The notes beneath the pieces are model-generated. The model had not been told where the DNA came from, searched no databases, and saw nothing but the letters and a program-made list of their open reading frames with translations. 31,123 nucleotides of DNA from Malacoraja senta. Lineage: Eukaryota. The DNA is taken from the NCBI GenBank assembly GCA_038087875.1, contig JAXLNO010000625.1, forward strand, positions 124,001 to 155,123, written 5' to 3'. How positions within the stretch are numbered: position 1 is the stretch's first letter; each line of letters begins with the position of its first letter. The translations under genes were made by a program, and so were the position numbers. Shown here piece by piece: positions 20,878 to 31,123 of this stretch.

Positions 20878-22337
20878 GCTAAAGTTATCCCACTTTTTAT
20901 GAAAGGCAGGAGAGAGAAAACAGGGAATTATAGACCAGTTAGCCTAACATCGATGGTGGGGAAGATGCTGGAGTCAATTATAAAAGATGAGATAGGCAAA
21001 CATTTGGATAGCAGTAACAGGATCGGTCCGAGTCAGCATGGATTTACGATGGGGAAATCATGCTTGACTAATCTTCTGGAATTTTTTGAAGATGTAACTA
21101 GGAAAATGGACAAGGGAGAGCCAGTGGATGTAGTGTACCTGGACTTTCAGAATACATTTAATAAGGTCCCACATAGGAGATTAGTGGGCAAAATTAGGCA
21201 CAAGGTATTGGGGGTAGAGTGCTGACATGGATAGAGAAGTGGTTGGCAGACAGGAAACAAAGAGTAGGGATTAACGGGTCCCTTTCAGAATGGCAGGCAG
21301 TGACTAGTGGGGTACCGCAAGGCACGATGCTGGGACCGCAGCTATTTACAATATACATCAATGATTTGGATGAAGGGATTCAAAGTAACATTAGCAAATT
21401 TGTAGATGACACAAAGCTGGGTGGCAGTGTGAACTGTGAGGAGGATGCTATGAGAGTGCAGGGTGACTTGGACAGGTTGGGGAGTGGGCAGATGCATGGC
21501 AGATGAAGTTCAATGCGGATAAATGTGAGGTTATCCACTTTGGTAGCAAAAACAGGAAGGCAGATTACTATCTAAAATGGCGTCAAGTTGGGCAAAGAGG
21601 AAGTACAACGGGATCTGGGGGTCCTTGTACATCAGTCTATGAAAGTAACAATGCTGGTACAGCAGGCAGTGAAGAAAGCGAATGGCATGTTGGCTTTTAT
21701 AACAAGAGGAATCGAATATAGGAGCAAAAAGGTCCTTCTGCCGTTGTACAGAGCCCTAGTGAGACCACACCTGGAGTACTGTGTACAGTTTTGGTCCCCT
21801 AATTTGAGGAAGGACATTCTTTCTATTGAGGGAGTGCAGCGTAGGTTGACAAGGTTCATTCCCGGGATGGCAGGACTGTCATATGCTGAGAGAATGAGCA
21901 GCTGGGCTTGTATACTCTGGAGTTTAGAAGGATGAGAGGTGATCTCATTGAAACATATAAGATTGTTAAGGGTTTGGACACGCTAGAGGCAGGAAACAAG
22001 TTCCCGATGTTGGGGGATGCCAGAACCAGGGGCCACAGTTGAAGAATAAGGAGTAAGCCATTTAGAACGGAGACGAGGAAACACTTTTTCTCACAGAGAG
22101 TGGTGAGGCTGTGGAATTCTCTGCCTCAGAGGGTGGTGGAGGCGGGTTCTCTGGATGCTTTCAAGAAGAGTTAGATAGGGCTCTTAAAAATAGCTGAGTC
22201 AGGAGATATGGGGAGAAGGCAGGAACGGGGTATTGATTGGGGATGATCAGCCATGATCACATTGAATGGCGGTGCTGGCTCGAAGGGCCGAATGGCCTAC
22301 TCCTGCACCTATTGTCTATTGTCTATTTTCTATGTCT
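20878..22337 (+). mobile_element. CR1-clade LINE, 5'-truncated, frameshifted ORF2 RT
   Basis: [44 protein letters not shown] across ORFs 20803-21935; (ctattgt)n tail. Confidence 0.95.
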
Positions 22338-22412
22338 ACAGACAGCACCTGTAGTCGGGATCGAACCCGGGTCTCCAGTGCTGCAAGCGCAACTCTACCG
22401 CTGCACCACCGT
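22338..22412 (-). mobile_element. V-SINE 5' tRNA-derived head (continuation of 20637-20870)
   Basis: Reverse complement of cacggtggtgcagcggtagag..gggttcgatcc..gctgtctgta. Confidence 0.88.
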
Positions 22413-22659
22413 GAACGGTTGTGTAACCCGGGGTCTACAATACCTACCTCTATTATCTGTAACATTTGACTGGGTGAAGTCCAGGAAAGGACATAATAGT
22501 TTTTCTAGTGCTTTGGGAAGTTCTGAAGTTATGGGAGATAGTAAATCAAGGCAGCATTTTTGCCCCCACGATTCTCCACTTTCATGACAGACCTAGCCAG
22601 CCCATACAAAAAAATCCCATTAAACCAATTAACCCACAAACCCTCAAAGATCCCTAGAC

Positions 22660-22882
22660 TGGCTCAACATAATCAAGGATGAATCGCACCCCGGCCACTC
22701 CCTCTTCTGCACTCTCCAGTCGGGCAAAAGGTATAGAAGTGTGAAAACGCACGCCTTCCGATTCAGGGACAGTCCTTCCCAGCTGTTATCAGGCAACTGA
22801 ACCATCCTACTGCAACAAAAGCTTTTCACTGTACCTTGGTACACGTGACAATTAACTAGAACTGAAACTGAAACTGAAACTG
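22660..22882 (+). mobile_element. Rex1/Babar-like LINE 3' end with internal deletion
   Basis: IIKDESHPGHSLFCTLQSGKRYRSVKT; similar to 8745-9150; (aactga)n tail. Confidence 0.78.
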
Positions 22883-24380
22883 AGCCAATGACTTTTCACT
22901 ATTACTTATCTGGAATAGCAAATATGGAAAAGTATAGTTGGTGAGTATCACGCAAGCTGCTGTACTGTCTCTTGTCTCCTTTTTCATGCTAGATCTATGT
23001 TATATGGGGATGAGGAAAGGTGCTTGTAGATCTGCTCTACCGAATACTAACACACACATGCTACACACTATTTGGATATATAATCCAGTCCGTGTTTTAC
23101 CATACAGTCACCATATACAGTATTACTAACGCTTCCAGACACTAGCGGTTAGTCGGGATGTCGTCACAGTGGTGACAACTTGTAGTGTAACTTTATTATA
23201 TGCTAATAAACTTGTTGGATTGTTACTTGGAACATTTGTTAATAGCCCTACAGCGCTGGAGTAGGCCATTCAACCAGCTGAGTCTTATCTTGCCATCCGA
23301 TTACATCATGGCTGATTGGCACCATAATTCCTTTCACGTTCCTTGGTTTGATACCCACTGATACCCCTGGCCTGGCATAAATGTTCTGAGCTCTGTCTTG
23401 GTCTTCCTTGGCTTCTGTCAAAAGCAAAGCCATTCAACTAAAAAAAAAGCATCAATTTCTGCAATTGGCTGATGCCACAACTTGTAACGCATTGTGTATT
23501 TTGCGATACAATGTCTGTCATGCATAAATCTGTACATCGTTTGTAACTCTTTAAGAAATATCTTGTTATATTCATCCACATATTTTTAAAATTGGAAATT
23601 GCAAAGATCAATTGGAAATGAATAAATAGACGAATGCAAGCAAAAACCTTCACCGCACAAAATGAAGTAGCCTTCATTTCAGATTGTAAGACCAAAATAC
23701 CCGAGGCTCCCAAGTCAACTAACCCACTCTTAGATTTTCATTAATCATAGACTACCTAAACTGAGGAGCAAATGATATACAACCATCAGAGCTTTCAACC
23801 ACAGGAGAGAATCACTGCATGAACAAGGTCATTGTGGAGAGGTCATGACCTCTCATCTCTCATCTCTACAAACTAATAACACCACAATGTCTAAAGAGGC
23901 CCTCGCATTTTCAGAAAGCCCCAAATGACAAACTTCACCAAGACATATCCGGTGTGAGTTCTGAAATTAGCTGTCTAGAGGAGAGTAACCATACAATTGT
24001 GAAAAATAGCCTTAGTATCATTGCTGACTACACAAGCAGTCGTGGACGCATTAGTGAAAGTCCACCCATCCACCCAAAAAAGCAACAAGCTGCTGATGTG
24101 ATCAGTCCTGAGGCTGCTCCCACGTAAAGATGGTTATGTTTGACGTGGCGTCTCTGTTTCCATCAGAGGGGAGACAAGGATTTTTTAAAATATAACGATT
24201 AAGTGCTTATGATGTGGTGTTCACTTCCTGGAAAGGTGGTAGGTGCAGATAACCTTTGTGGTGCATTTATGCATAGTATGTAAATGAGTCATTCAGTCAT
24301 AGAACACAATAACATTATCATTGTTGGCTTTTCTTGCTGTTAGACTGAAGACTAGAATCTATTTTTTGAAGCTTAATCTG

Positions 24381-24472
24381 GATGAATGAATGAATGAATG
24401 ATGAATGAATGAATACTTTATTGTCACATGTGACAAGTCACAGTGAAATTCTTTGCTTGCATACCCAAGGTA
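24381..24472 (-). mobile_element. LINE 3' terminus with (TTCA)n tail
   Basis: (gaat)n followed by ctttattgtcacatgtg..cagtgaaa, similar to the 18232 element end. Confidence 0.6.
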
Positions 24473-24653
24473 TGGGGTTGGGCAACAAGACATCATGATT
24501 TTAAATCTGCTGCCCTTTGTCTAAAATCATCAGATCCTTAGACAATACATCTACTCTCAAAATGATATTTAAGCCAAGTTTTCTCCAACTCTCATTCATT
24601 TTGCTTGTTACTTCAATTCGTGACATGTGATTCAAAGTATTGTTCCATGTAGA

Positions 24654-24751
24654 AGTCTGAAGAAGGGTCTCGACCCGAAAGGTCACCCTTCCCTTTTCTC
24701 CAGAGATGCTGCCTGCTAGCCTGAGTCACTCCCGTATTTTGTGTCTATCTT
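24654..24751 (+). mobile_element. Hammerhead-core (Penelope-like) repeat
   Basis: agtctgaagaagggtctcgacccgaaaggtcacc..ttttgtgtctatct. Confidence 0.75.
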
Positions 24752-25409
24752 TGCCCAATGACTTGTGTTTTACAGGCAGGTGGTTCTGTTAATGTAATGA
24801 ATCTATTCCCCTTAGGAGAATATAGTTTCTCACATTAAAAAAAAATCTGTTACACTCTACTTAAATCCTTTCTTATTGTTGCTATTGTTTTGGCTTTATC
24901 TGACAGCCAAAGGATTCTACTGTATATACAGATATGTTCATACTGGCCCTGCTGTTGAACATTTTAAAATACTCAGTTCTCATCTTTCTACATATGTTGA
25001 GGACGTATAATTGGTGTGAGGCTGGGATAAATGGTTATCAGGCTTTGTTGCATTAGTGTGAAAAGCCACTTGTGCTCATTGTGCACCTCCGATTTCACTG
25101 CCTGGTGTCAAATTAGTTTGATGTTGAAATCCCCTTTACTCTTGCTGATATACTATGATAGGCTTAATAGAGCTTGATTAGTGTATCACTCCACAGACAG
25201 GCAATAAGTCTTTCTAAGATCTTTCCCACCGATACCCTTTGTTTTTGCTTTACGAAGTGCATTTGGTACTGTTTTTCTGATGGTCTTTAATTGTACTTAC
25301 AGTTGTAAGATAAATTCCATTTGGCTAAAAGTATTCCGTACAAGACATAACATATGCTAATTATATCACATACATCACAACGTTGAGTCATTAATCTTCA
25401 GAGATGTGT

Positions 25410-25595
25410 TCAGAACTTTACTGTGGACTTTGACTTTGTTTTATTTTGCACTATACTGAGGGTTTTTTTAAAACTTTTTTTGGTTGATTTTTTTAAATTA
25501 TCTATTGAGAACTGTGTTTACAAACCTCCTATGCTGCAGCTGGAAGTAAGAATTTCCGTTTCAGTACATAGGATAATAAAACACCTTTGACTCTT
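25410..25595 (+). mobile_element. Degenerate LINE (Rex1-like) 3' UTR
   Basis: ttgcacta..gctg..gtaagaattt..acata.gataataaaacac..ttgactct; resembles 28426-28537. Confidence 0.5.
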
Positions 25596-25615
25596 CTTGG
25601 CATGAAAAGAGAGGA

Positions 25616-25780
25616 TAGACACAAAATGCTGGAGTAACTCAGCGGGACAGGCAGCATCTCTGGAGAGAAGGAATGGGTGACATTCGGGGCGAGACCCTTC
25701 TTTAGACTGATGTCAGGGGAGAGGGAGGTATATAGATGATGTCAGGGGAGAGGGAGGTACATTGAGGTGTCCCTTCTACA
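25616..25780 (-). mobile_element. Hammerhead-core (Penelope-like) repeat with perfect 15-bp TSD
   Basis: catgaaaagagagga at 25601-25615 and 25781-25795; internal 29-bp-period duplication tgatgtcaggggagagggaggta. Confidence 0.8.
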
Positions 25781-26911
25781 CATGAAAAGAGAGGAATTGC
25801 TTTGATCCATGATCCATGAGCACATTATTGGGACAGTGCAGATCCTGATACTCCCTATCAAAATTAAAGTGAGTTTGTTTATTACAGAAAGGTTTCCTCT
25901 GACATCGTGACAGGACAATAAGAATATTGTTCTGTAATCCAGATAGATTATTAATCTACTGAGGACCAGATCTGTGGTGTTCAAGGCAAGACATCCAGGT
26001 ATCACCTCCCCAAGGCCACTGAGAATGTGAAGAGACACTTCATTTTCTAAACTCTGGATGCAGCTGGACACTTGGCAACTGTGGCAGGGATTGCACACCA
26101 TCCCCACCGACAAGGTGAAACCGAGTAGCTCAAGTGACAGCAAAGCATCTCTTCAGATGAGATCAGTACTTTAGTTTGCTCACTTCTACCTACTTCAGTT
26201 TGCTCACTTCAAAGGGGAGAACAACAATGTACTGTCCGCAAAGTCCAACAACCCTGATAACACTGTGATTTCCATTTTCGAGGCCGATGTCCGAAGACCC
26301 TTTTCGAGGATAATATCCATCCCTGGTGGTAAACCTGGCCACGATCTTAAAACCTATGAGGACTAACTAGCTAAAGTTCTCACGGACATCTTCAACCTTC
26401 CACTACTCTTGTCCAAGGTCCCCACCTGCTTTAAGAGGACATTAATAAATCCAGTGCCCTTGAAGGGCCAGGTAACATGAATCAATGACTACCGACAGGC
26501 ATACTCATGAATGTTGTGTTTAAGTGTTTTTGGAAATTAGTTGAGATGCATTTCAACTCTGCTTTTAGTAATGACCTGGACCCACTTCAAATCGCCAACT
26601 ACCGCAATAGTTAGGCAACGGACGCAATTTCGCTGGCTCTCCACTACACAGGAACACTTGGACACCAGGAACGCCTCAGTCAGCTGATTTTCATCATCCA
26701 CGGGTCTGTGTTCAACACCATCATCACTTCCAAACTTACGGTAAAACTCAGGGACTGGGTCTCTGGTCCCCCCTTGCAACTGATCCTCAACTTCCTCATC
26801 AGTAGACCTCAATCAATACAGATAAGCAATAACACCTCCTCCTTACTGACTGACCATTAGCACAGGGACACCTCAGGCTATGTCCTCAATAGTTCTACTC
26901 TTTCTATATCC

Positions 26912-27234
26912 AGGGCGGCCACGGTGGTGCAGCGTTGGAGTTGCTGCCTTACAGCGCTTGCAGCGACGGAGACCCGGGTTCGATCCAGATTATGGGTGCT
27001 GCCTGTACGGAGTTTGTGCGTTCCTCCCCGTGACCTGCGTGGGTTTTCTCCGAGATCTTCAGTTTCCTCCCACACTCCAAAGACGTACAGGTGTGTAGGT
27101 TAATTGGCTTGGTACATGTAAAAATTGTCCCTTGTGTGTGTAGGATAGTGTTAATATGCGGGGATCCCTGGCCGGCCTGGACCCAGTGGGCCGAAGGGCC
27201 CGTTTCCACCTATATGTCTAAACTAAACTAAACA
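26912..27234 (+). mobile_element. tRNA-derived V-SINE (HE1-like)
   Basis: Head with ggttcgatcc, V-domain, gggccgaagggcc 3' end, (ctaaa)n tail. Confidence 0.9.
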
Positions 27235-27720
27235 ATGTAACAAGACACAACTCAAATACTATCTTCAAATTCACCAGCGATAAATAATAGGTGATGATGA
27301 GTCAGAGTACAAGAAGGAGATGGACCTCACCAATGCCTCTACTTCCTCAGACATTACCATGTTGCCATATCGATCTTCTAAACATGTACGGTGGGAAGCA
27401 TATTGACCGATTGCAGCATGGCCTGGATCGATAATTCGAATGCTTGAGAACAACAGACATTGCCCGATGAGTCACTGGTATTCACTGCCCTACTGTCGAA
27501 GCGATCTACAGGAAGCACTGCCTAAAGAAGACAAATAATATCATCAAAGATCCCCACCACTCTGTCCACGCTTACGTCTCACGGCTACCATCAGCAAGAA
27601 AGTGCAGGAGCCTGAGAATCGTCACATTAGGTTCAAGCTTATTTACATCAACCATCAGACTCTGGAACCACTGTGAACAATCCTAACCACAACCCTACCT
27701 CAGTTTGCACTACATGCTTA

Positions 27721-28422
27721 AAAGGCCTGTCTCACGAGTCTGCGGTCATTGGCGGCGAAACGGGAAGAATCTGCCGCCATAGATCGCGCACTCGTGAGAA
27801 CGTACAATTCCGGGGCCGTGCGGCGGTGTTCCCAACACCGCACGGTGTTAAAATAAAACCGACAATGTTGAAAACTATATACTCACCGCACAACCTCCAC
27901 CAGTGATGCACGAGTGCGGCACGGCCCGCCCGGGGCCGTGCGGCGGTGTTCCCAACACCGCACGGTGCTAAAATAAAACCGACAATGTTGAAAACTATAT
28001 ACTCACCGCACAACCTCCACCAGTGATGCACGAGTGCGGCCAGTGTGGCTCGAGCGCCGTGCGTCAAACCTCCACTGCCACAGCCTCCGCCAGTGATGCA
28101 CGTGCCTCCGCCAGTGAGGCACGTGTGCGGCACGGCCGCAGGCACAGCCACCGCTACAGCGCTGCGATCAGGATGGCCGCCGGCACAGCCGCCGCTCATG
28201 AGTCACGTGCGGCGGGCCGACGTCATCGCAGTCGGCCCGCCCTTTTTTTTACTTACCGCAAGCACGTGGGACCCGCCGTGTTTGAATTACTCGGCCCCCG
28301 CGCAGCATCCGTGCGGCGCTCCAGTGGATAGGCCTCGGCGCTCTCGCCGTTGCCGTGCGGTCCCCGCTACCGGCGACGCCGCGCTTCACCGTCGATGACC
28401 GCAAACAGGTAAGACAGAGCCT
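27721..28422. mobile_element. PIF/Harbinger-type non-autonomous DNA transposon
   Basis: TWA flanks; ~40-bp imperfect TIRs (aaggcctgtctcac..tgcggtcat / atgaccgca..gtaagacagagcct); CpG-rich. Confidence 0.78.
27810..28040 (+). repeat. 120-bp-period tandem duplication inside the MITE
   Basis: 27810-27920 vs 27930-28040 differ at one base (27848/27968). Confidence 0.95.
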
Positions 28423-28745
28423 TTAGGCTTGCACTATCATGGTTTGGTTTACCAAGAATAACTGATATTTATTGTACATTTATTTGCAATGTTGTTGCAT
28501 TTGTTGAGCCTATAAAGCTGCAATGTGTAAGTTGTTCTGTTTCCATTACATATGACAAATTAGGCAGTCTTGACTCCTGAACTGACCACTGCCTCTATAA
28601 CCAAACAAATAATCAAAAAACAGAGTAAATGAAATAGGAAATAGGTACACAAATTTTTTAAAGGTAAATGGCGTTGTTTTGAAGCTTCTTCTTTGTTTAA
28701 TGAAATCTGTTAGAGTAAATACCAAAGTGACTTTTACATTCTCCA

Positions 28746-28879
28746 TGTGTAGGAGGGAACTGCAGATGCTGGTTTAAACTGAAGATTGATACAAAAAGCT
28801 TGTAACTCAGCGGGTCAGGCTGCGGATCTCTGGAGAATAGGAATAGGTGACGTTTCGGGTCGAGACCTTTCTTCAGACT
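28746..28879 (-). mobile_element. Hammerhead-core (Penelope-like) repeat
   Basis: Minus strand reads CTGAAGA aaggtctcgaccc GAAA CGTC at 28876-28849. Confidence 0.75.
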
Positions 28880-29012
28880 TTCCATTATTGATACATGGAA
28901 TTACAATTTTTAGGAATATATTTCTATCAACCAGCTGTATTTATTTTGCATATCACATCCACGATTAACAAAGCCATTTTGAAATATTTGAAATATACAA
29001 CACATATAAATA

Positions 29013-29148
29013 TCAGTCTGAAGAAGGGTCTCGACCCGAAACGTCACCCATTCCTTCACTCCATGAGATGTTGCCTGTCCCACTGAGTTACTCCAGCATT
29101 TTGTGTCAAACTTCGATTTAAACCAGCATCTGCAGTTTTTTCCTACGC
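29013..29148 (+). mobile_element. Hammerhead-core (Penelope-like) repeat
   Basis: CTGAAGA a gggtc tc gaccc GAAA CGTC at 29018-29045; ends ttcctac. Confidence 0.75.
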
Positions 29149-29514
29149 ATATATATCTTCTCTCAGCTTGTCATGTTTTTTTTTTTTAATTTCTAAAATG
29201 AAGGGAAAGAAAGGATGTGGTCTCAGTCATGTTATTCAAAGCTAATTTAATCAACAATAATCAAAGAGTTTTATTTGTGTCAAGCTATAAAATGTATGTA
29301 GAGTTGATTAAATGACTATGGATGACCTCTAGGTAATCTGACAAAATCCTTCCAGTAACTAACTTTACCCCAATTCACTAATTTTCGTGAAAACAAGAGA
29401 ATGTTGAAAGAAACTCAAATTAATCAAGATAAATGAATTCACCCAGCATTTTCTAGTGGCCAGATGAATTTGACAGAACTTACAATTGATCACAAGTTTT
29501 AAAATTAGTTTGAA

Positions 29515-30365
29515 TAGGGACAGGTGTGGATGTTGGGGGAAGATATTTAATAGGGGCAAGGCAAATTACAATGTCATTAGGGAGGAGCTAGGGAGGCAAG
29601 TCCAAAGAGGGCATGTCTTTTAAAGGCCAGCTGATCAAAGTGCAGGATCAGCATGTTCCGGTTAGGAAGGGACATAAGGACAGCAAGGTAAGAGGACCGC
29701 GGGTGACCAAGGAGGTGGTAAACTTGGCCAGGAAGGAAATGGAAACGTATGTTATATTTAAGAAGGTGGCATCACACGAGGCTTATGAGGAATATAAAGT
29801 GAGTTGGAAAGAACTCAAGAGGCCATTTAAATTGGCCAGAAGGGGTCATGAAATGTCATTGGTGAATCGGATTAAGGAAAATCCCAAGGCTTTTTATTTA
29901 AAATAAGAGGGTAACAAGGGATAAGGTCGGACTGCTCAAAGATAATGGAGAGAATCTATGTTTGGAGTTGGAGGATGTAGGTAAGGTACTAAATGAGTAC
30001 TTTGCATCTGTATTCACTGAGAAGAAGGACTTGGAGGGCTGCGAGATCAGTGTGAAGATTACAAATATGCTGGGGCCGTTTGAGATCGAGAAGGAAGCAG
30101 CGCTGAGACTCTTGAAGAGCATTAAGGTGGATAAGTCCCCAGGGGCCTGAAGGCATCTATCCCCGGTTATAGAGGGAGGCAAGAGAGGAGGTTGCAGGGG
30201 TCTTGACAGGGATCTTTGTTTTTTTTCTCCAGCCACGGCAAGGTTCCAGAGAACTAGAGAGTGGCCAATGTTGTACATTTATTTAAGAATGAAAGTAGAG
30301 AGAATCTAGGGAACTATAGGATGGTGAGCCTCATGTCAGTGGTGGAGAAACTATTGGAGGGAACT
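29515..30365 (+). mobile_element. Degenerate CR1 ORF2 fragment (endonuclease-RT linker to RT start)
   Basis: KENPKAFY, LNEYFASVFT, IKVDKSPG, GNYR.VSL.SVV.K. Confidence 0.88.
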
Positions 30366-30379
30366 CCTGACTCGTATGG

Positions 30380-30467
30380 TCAATGTCCCTACCAATGAAG
30401 GAAGGTGTACCATATGCCTTCTTTATCATCCTGTCTACTTCTGCTGCCACCTTTAGTGAGCTATGGA
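30380..30467 (-). mobile_element. Small CR1 ORF2 fragment in opposite orientation
   Basis: Similar to 30-105 of this window (aaggccagcacacc..ttctttaccaccctatctac..ccaccttcagggaactatg). Confidence 0.6.
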
Positions 30468-30777
30468 TTAACATGGGTTAAAGGGGGGTATTTACAAGCA
30501 TGTTGTTCTTCTTTGCACGTGTAACATAATGTGTGGCTAAAGGTGAAGCTGGATGCCATGCGCAACTGGCCAGACTATACGAACAGAATAAGAAAAAGTA
30601 AGCCAAAATTATGGCAGAAACCAGGAAGGCCTGTTCTGAGAGAGACAGAAAGGAAAGAGAAGACGTTTGATAAACATAAATGAGGATAGTCATTATCAAT
30701 TGAGGATTATCAACAAGGATAAACAGAAATGAGGATTACAAGAAGACCTTTATGTCTTTTTTACATGAAATGCCTCA

Positions 30778-31123
30778 CATATAACCATATAACCATATAA
30801 CCATATAACCATTACAGCACGGAAACAGGCCATCTCGGCCCTTCAAGTCCGTGCCGAACATATATATATATATATATATATTTTTTAAAAAAAAATACTT
30901 CCCCCTAGTCCCATCTACCTGCACTCAGACCATAACCCTCCATTCCTTTCCCGTCCATATACCCATCCAATCTATTTTTAAAGGATAAAATCGAACCAGC
31001 CTCCACCACTTCCACTGGAAGCTCATTCCACACAGCTACCACTCTCTGAGTAAAGAAGTTCCCCCTAATGTTACCCCTAAACTTCTGTCCCTTAATTCTC
31101 AAGTCATGTCCCCTTGTTTGAAT
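30778..31123 (-). mobile_element. CR1-clade LINE 3' end, continues off the right edge
   Basis: ORF 30905-31102 has GNFFTQRVVAVWNELP..GRWD; (ataaccat)n tail; (TA)n in the UTR. Confidence 0.92.

Larger units (their letters stand above)
26190..28537 (+). mobile_element. Old Rex1/Babar-like LINE, interrupted by a V-SINE and a MITE
   Basis: Decayed motifs LAKVLTDIFNL, VPTCFK, NDYR, LDPLQ, FNTII, GTPQG, IIKDPHH; 3' UTR resumes after the MITE at 28426. Confidence 0.8.

Noticed and set aside
22998..23250. Possible solo LTR (TG..CA with AATAAA)
   Set aside because: No matching TSD or terminal inverted repeat, and no second copy in the window.
25742..26143. 133-aa minus-strand ORF
   Set aside because: Non-ATG start, ends inside a repeat, no recognisable motifs.
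27810..28135. CRISPR-like array
   Set aside because: Units are fully duplicated with no unique spacers, no cas genes, eukaryotic context.
27732..28398. 100-155 aa ORFs as genes
   Set aside because: Low-complexity translations of the GC-rich element and its tandem duplication.
28746..29148. Inverted repeats around a ~133-bp spacer as a single MITE
   Set aside because: The arms are clearly diverged, no shared outer TSD is visible, and each arm has its own TSD-like flanks; more likely two independent insertions.

Overview
Repeat-dense eukaryotic genomic DNA, almost certainly from a cartilaginous fish and probably a skate or ray (inferred from HE1-like V-SINEs sharing 3' ends with CR1/HER1-like LINEs). 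No host gene can be confidently identified. The window holds two full-length but coding-decayed DIRS1-type tyrosine-recombinase retrotransposons (1812-6531 and 13484-18197). Each has a left ITR, gag-like, RT/RNase H/methyltransferase-like and YR remnants, an internal complementary region (ICR) and an extended right ITR. Also present are many CR1 and Rex1/Babar LINE fragments, five V-SINEs, a short TSD-flanked RTE-derived retroposon, two PIF/Harbinger-type MITEs, and about ten short repeats with a hammerhead-like core, probably Penelope pseudo-LTR derivatives, one nested at the apex of another. The most unusual signal is a splice-donor/hairpin/acceptor leader module ahead of gag in both DIRS elements. 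Family names come from motif recognition, not database searches.
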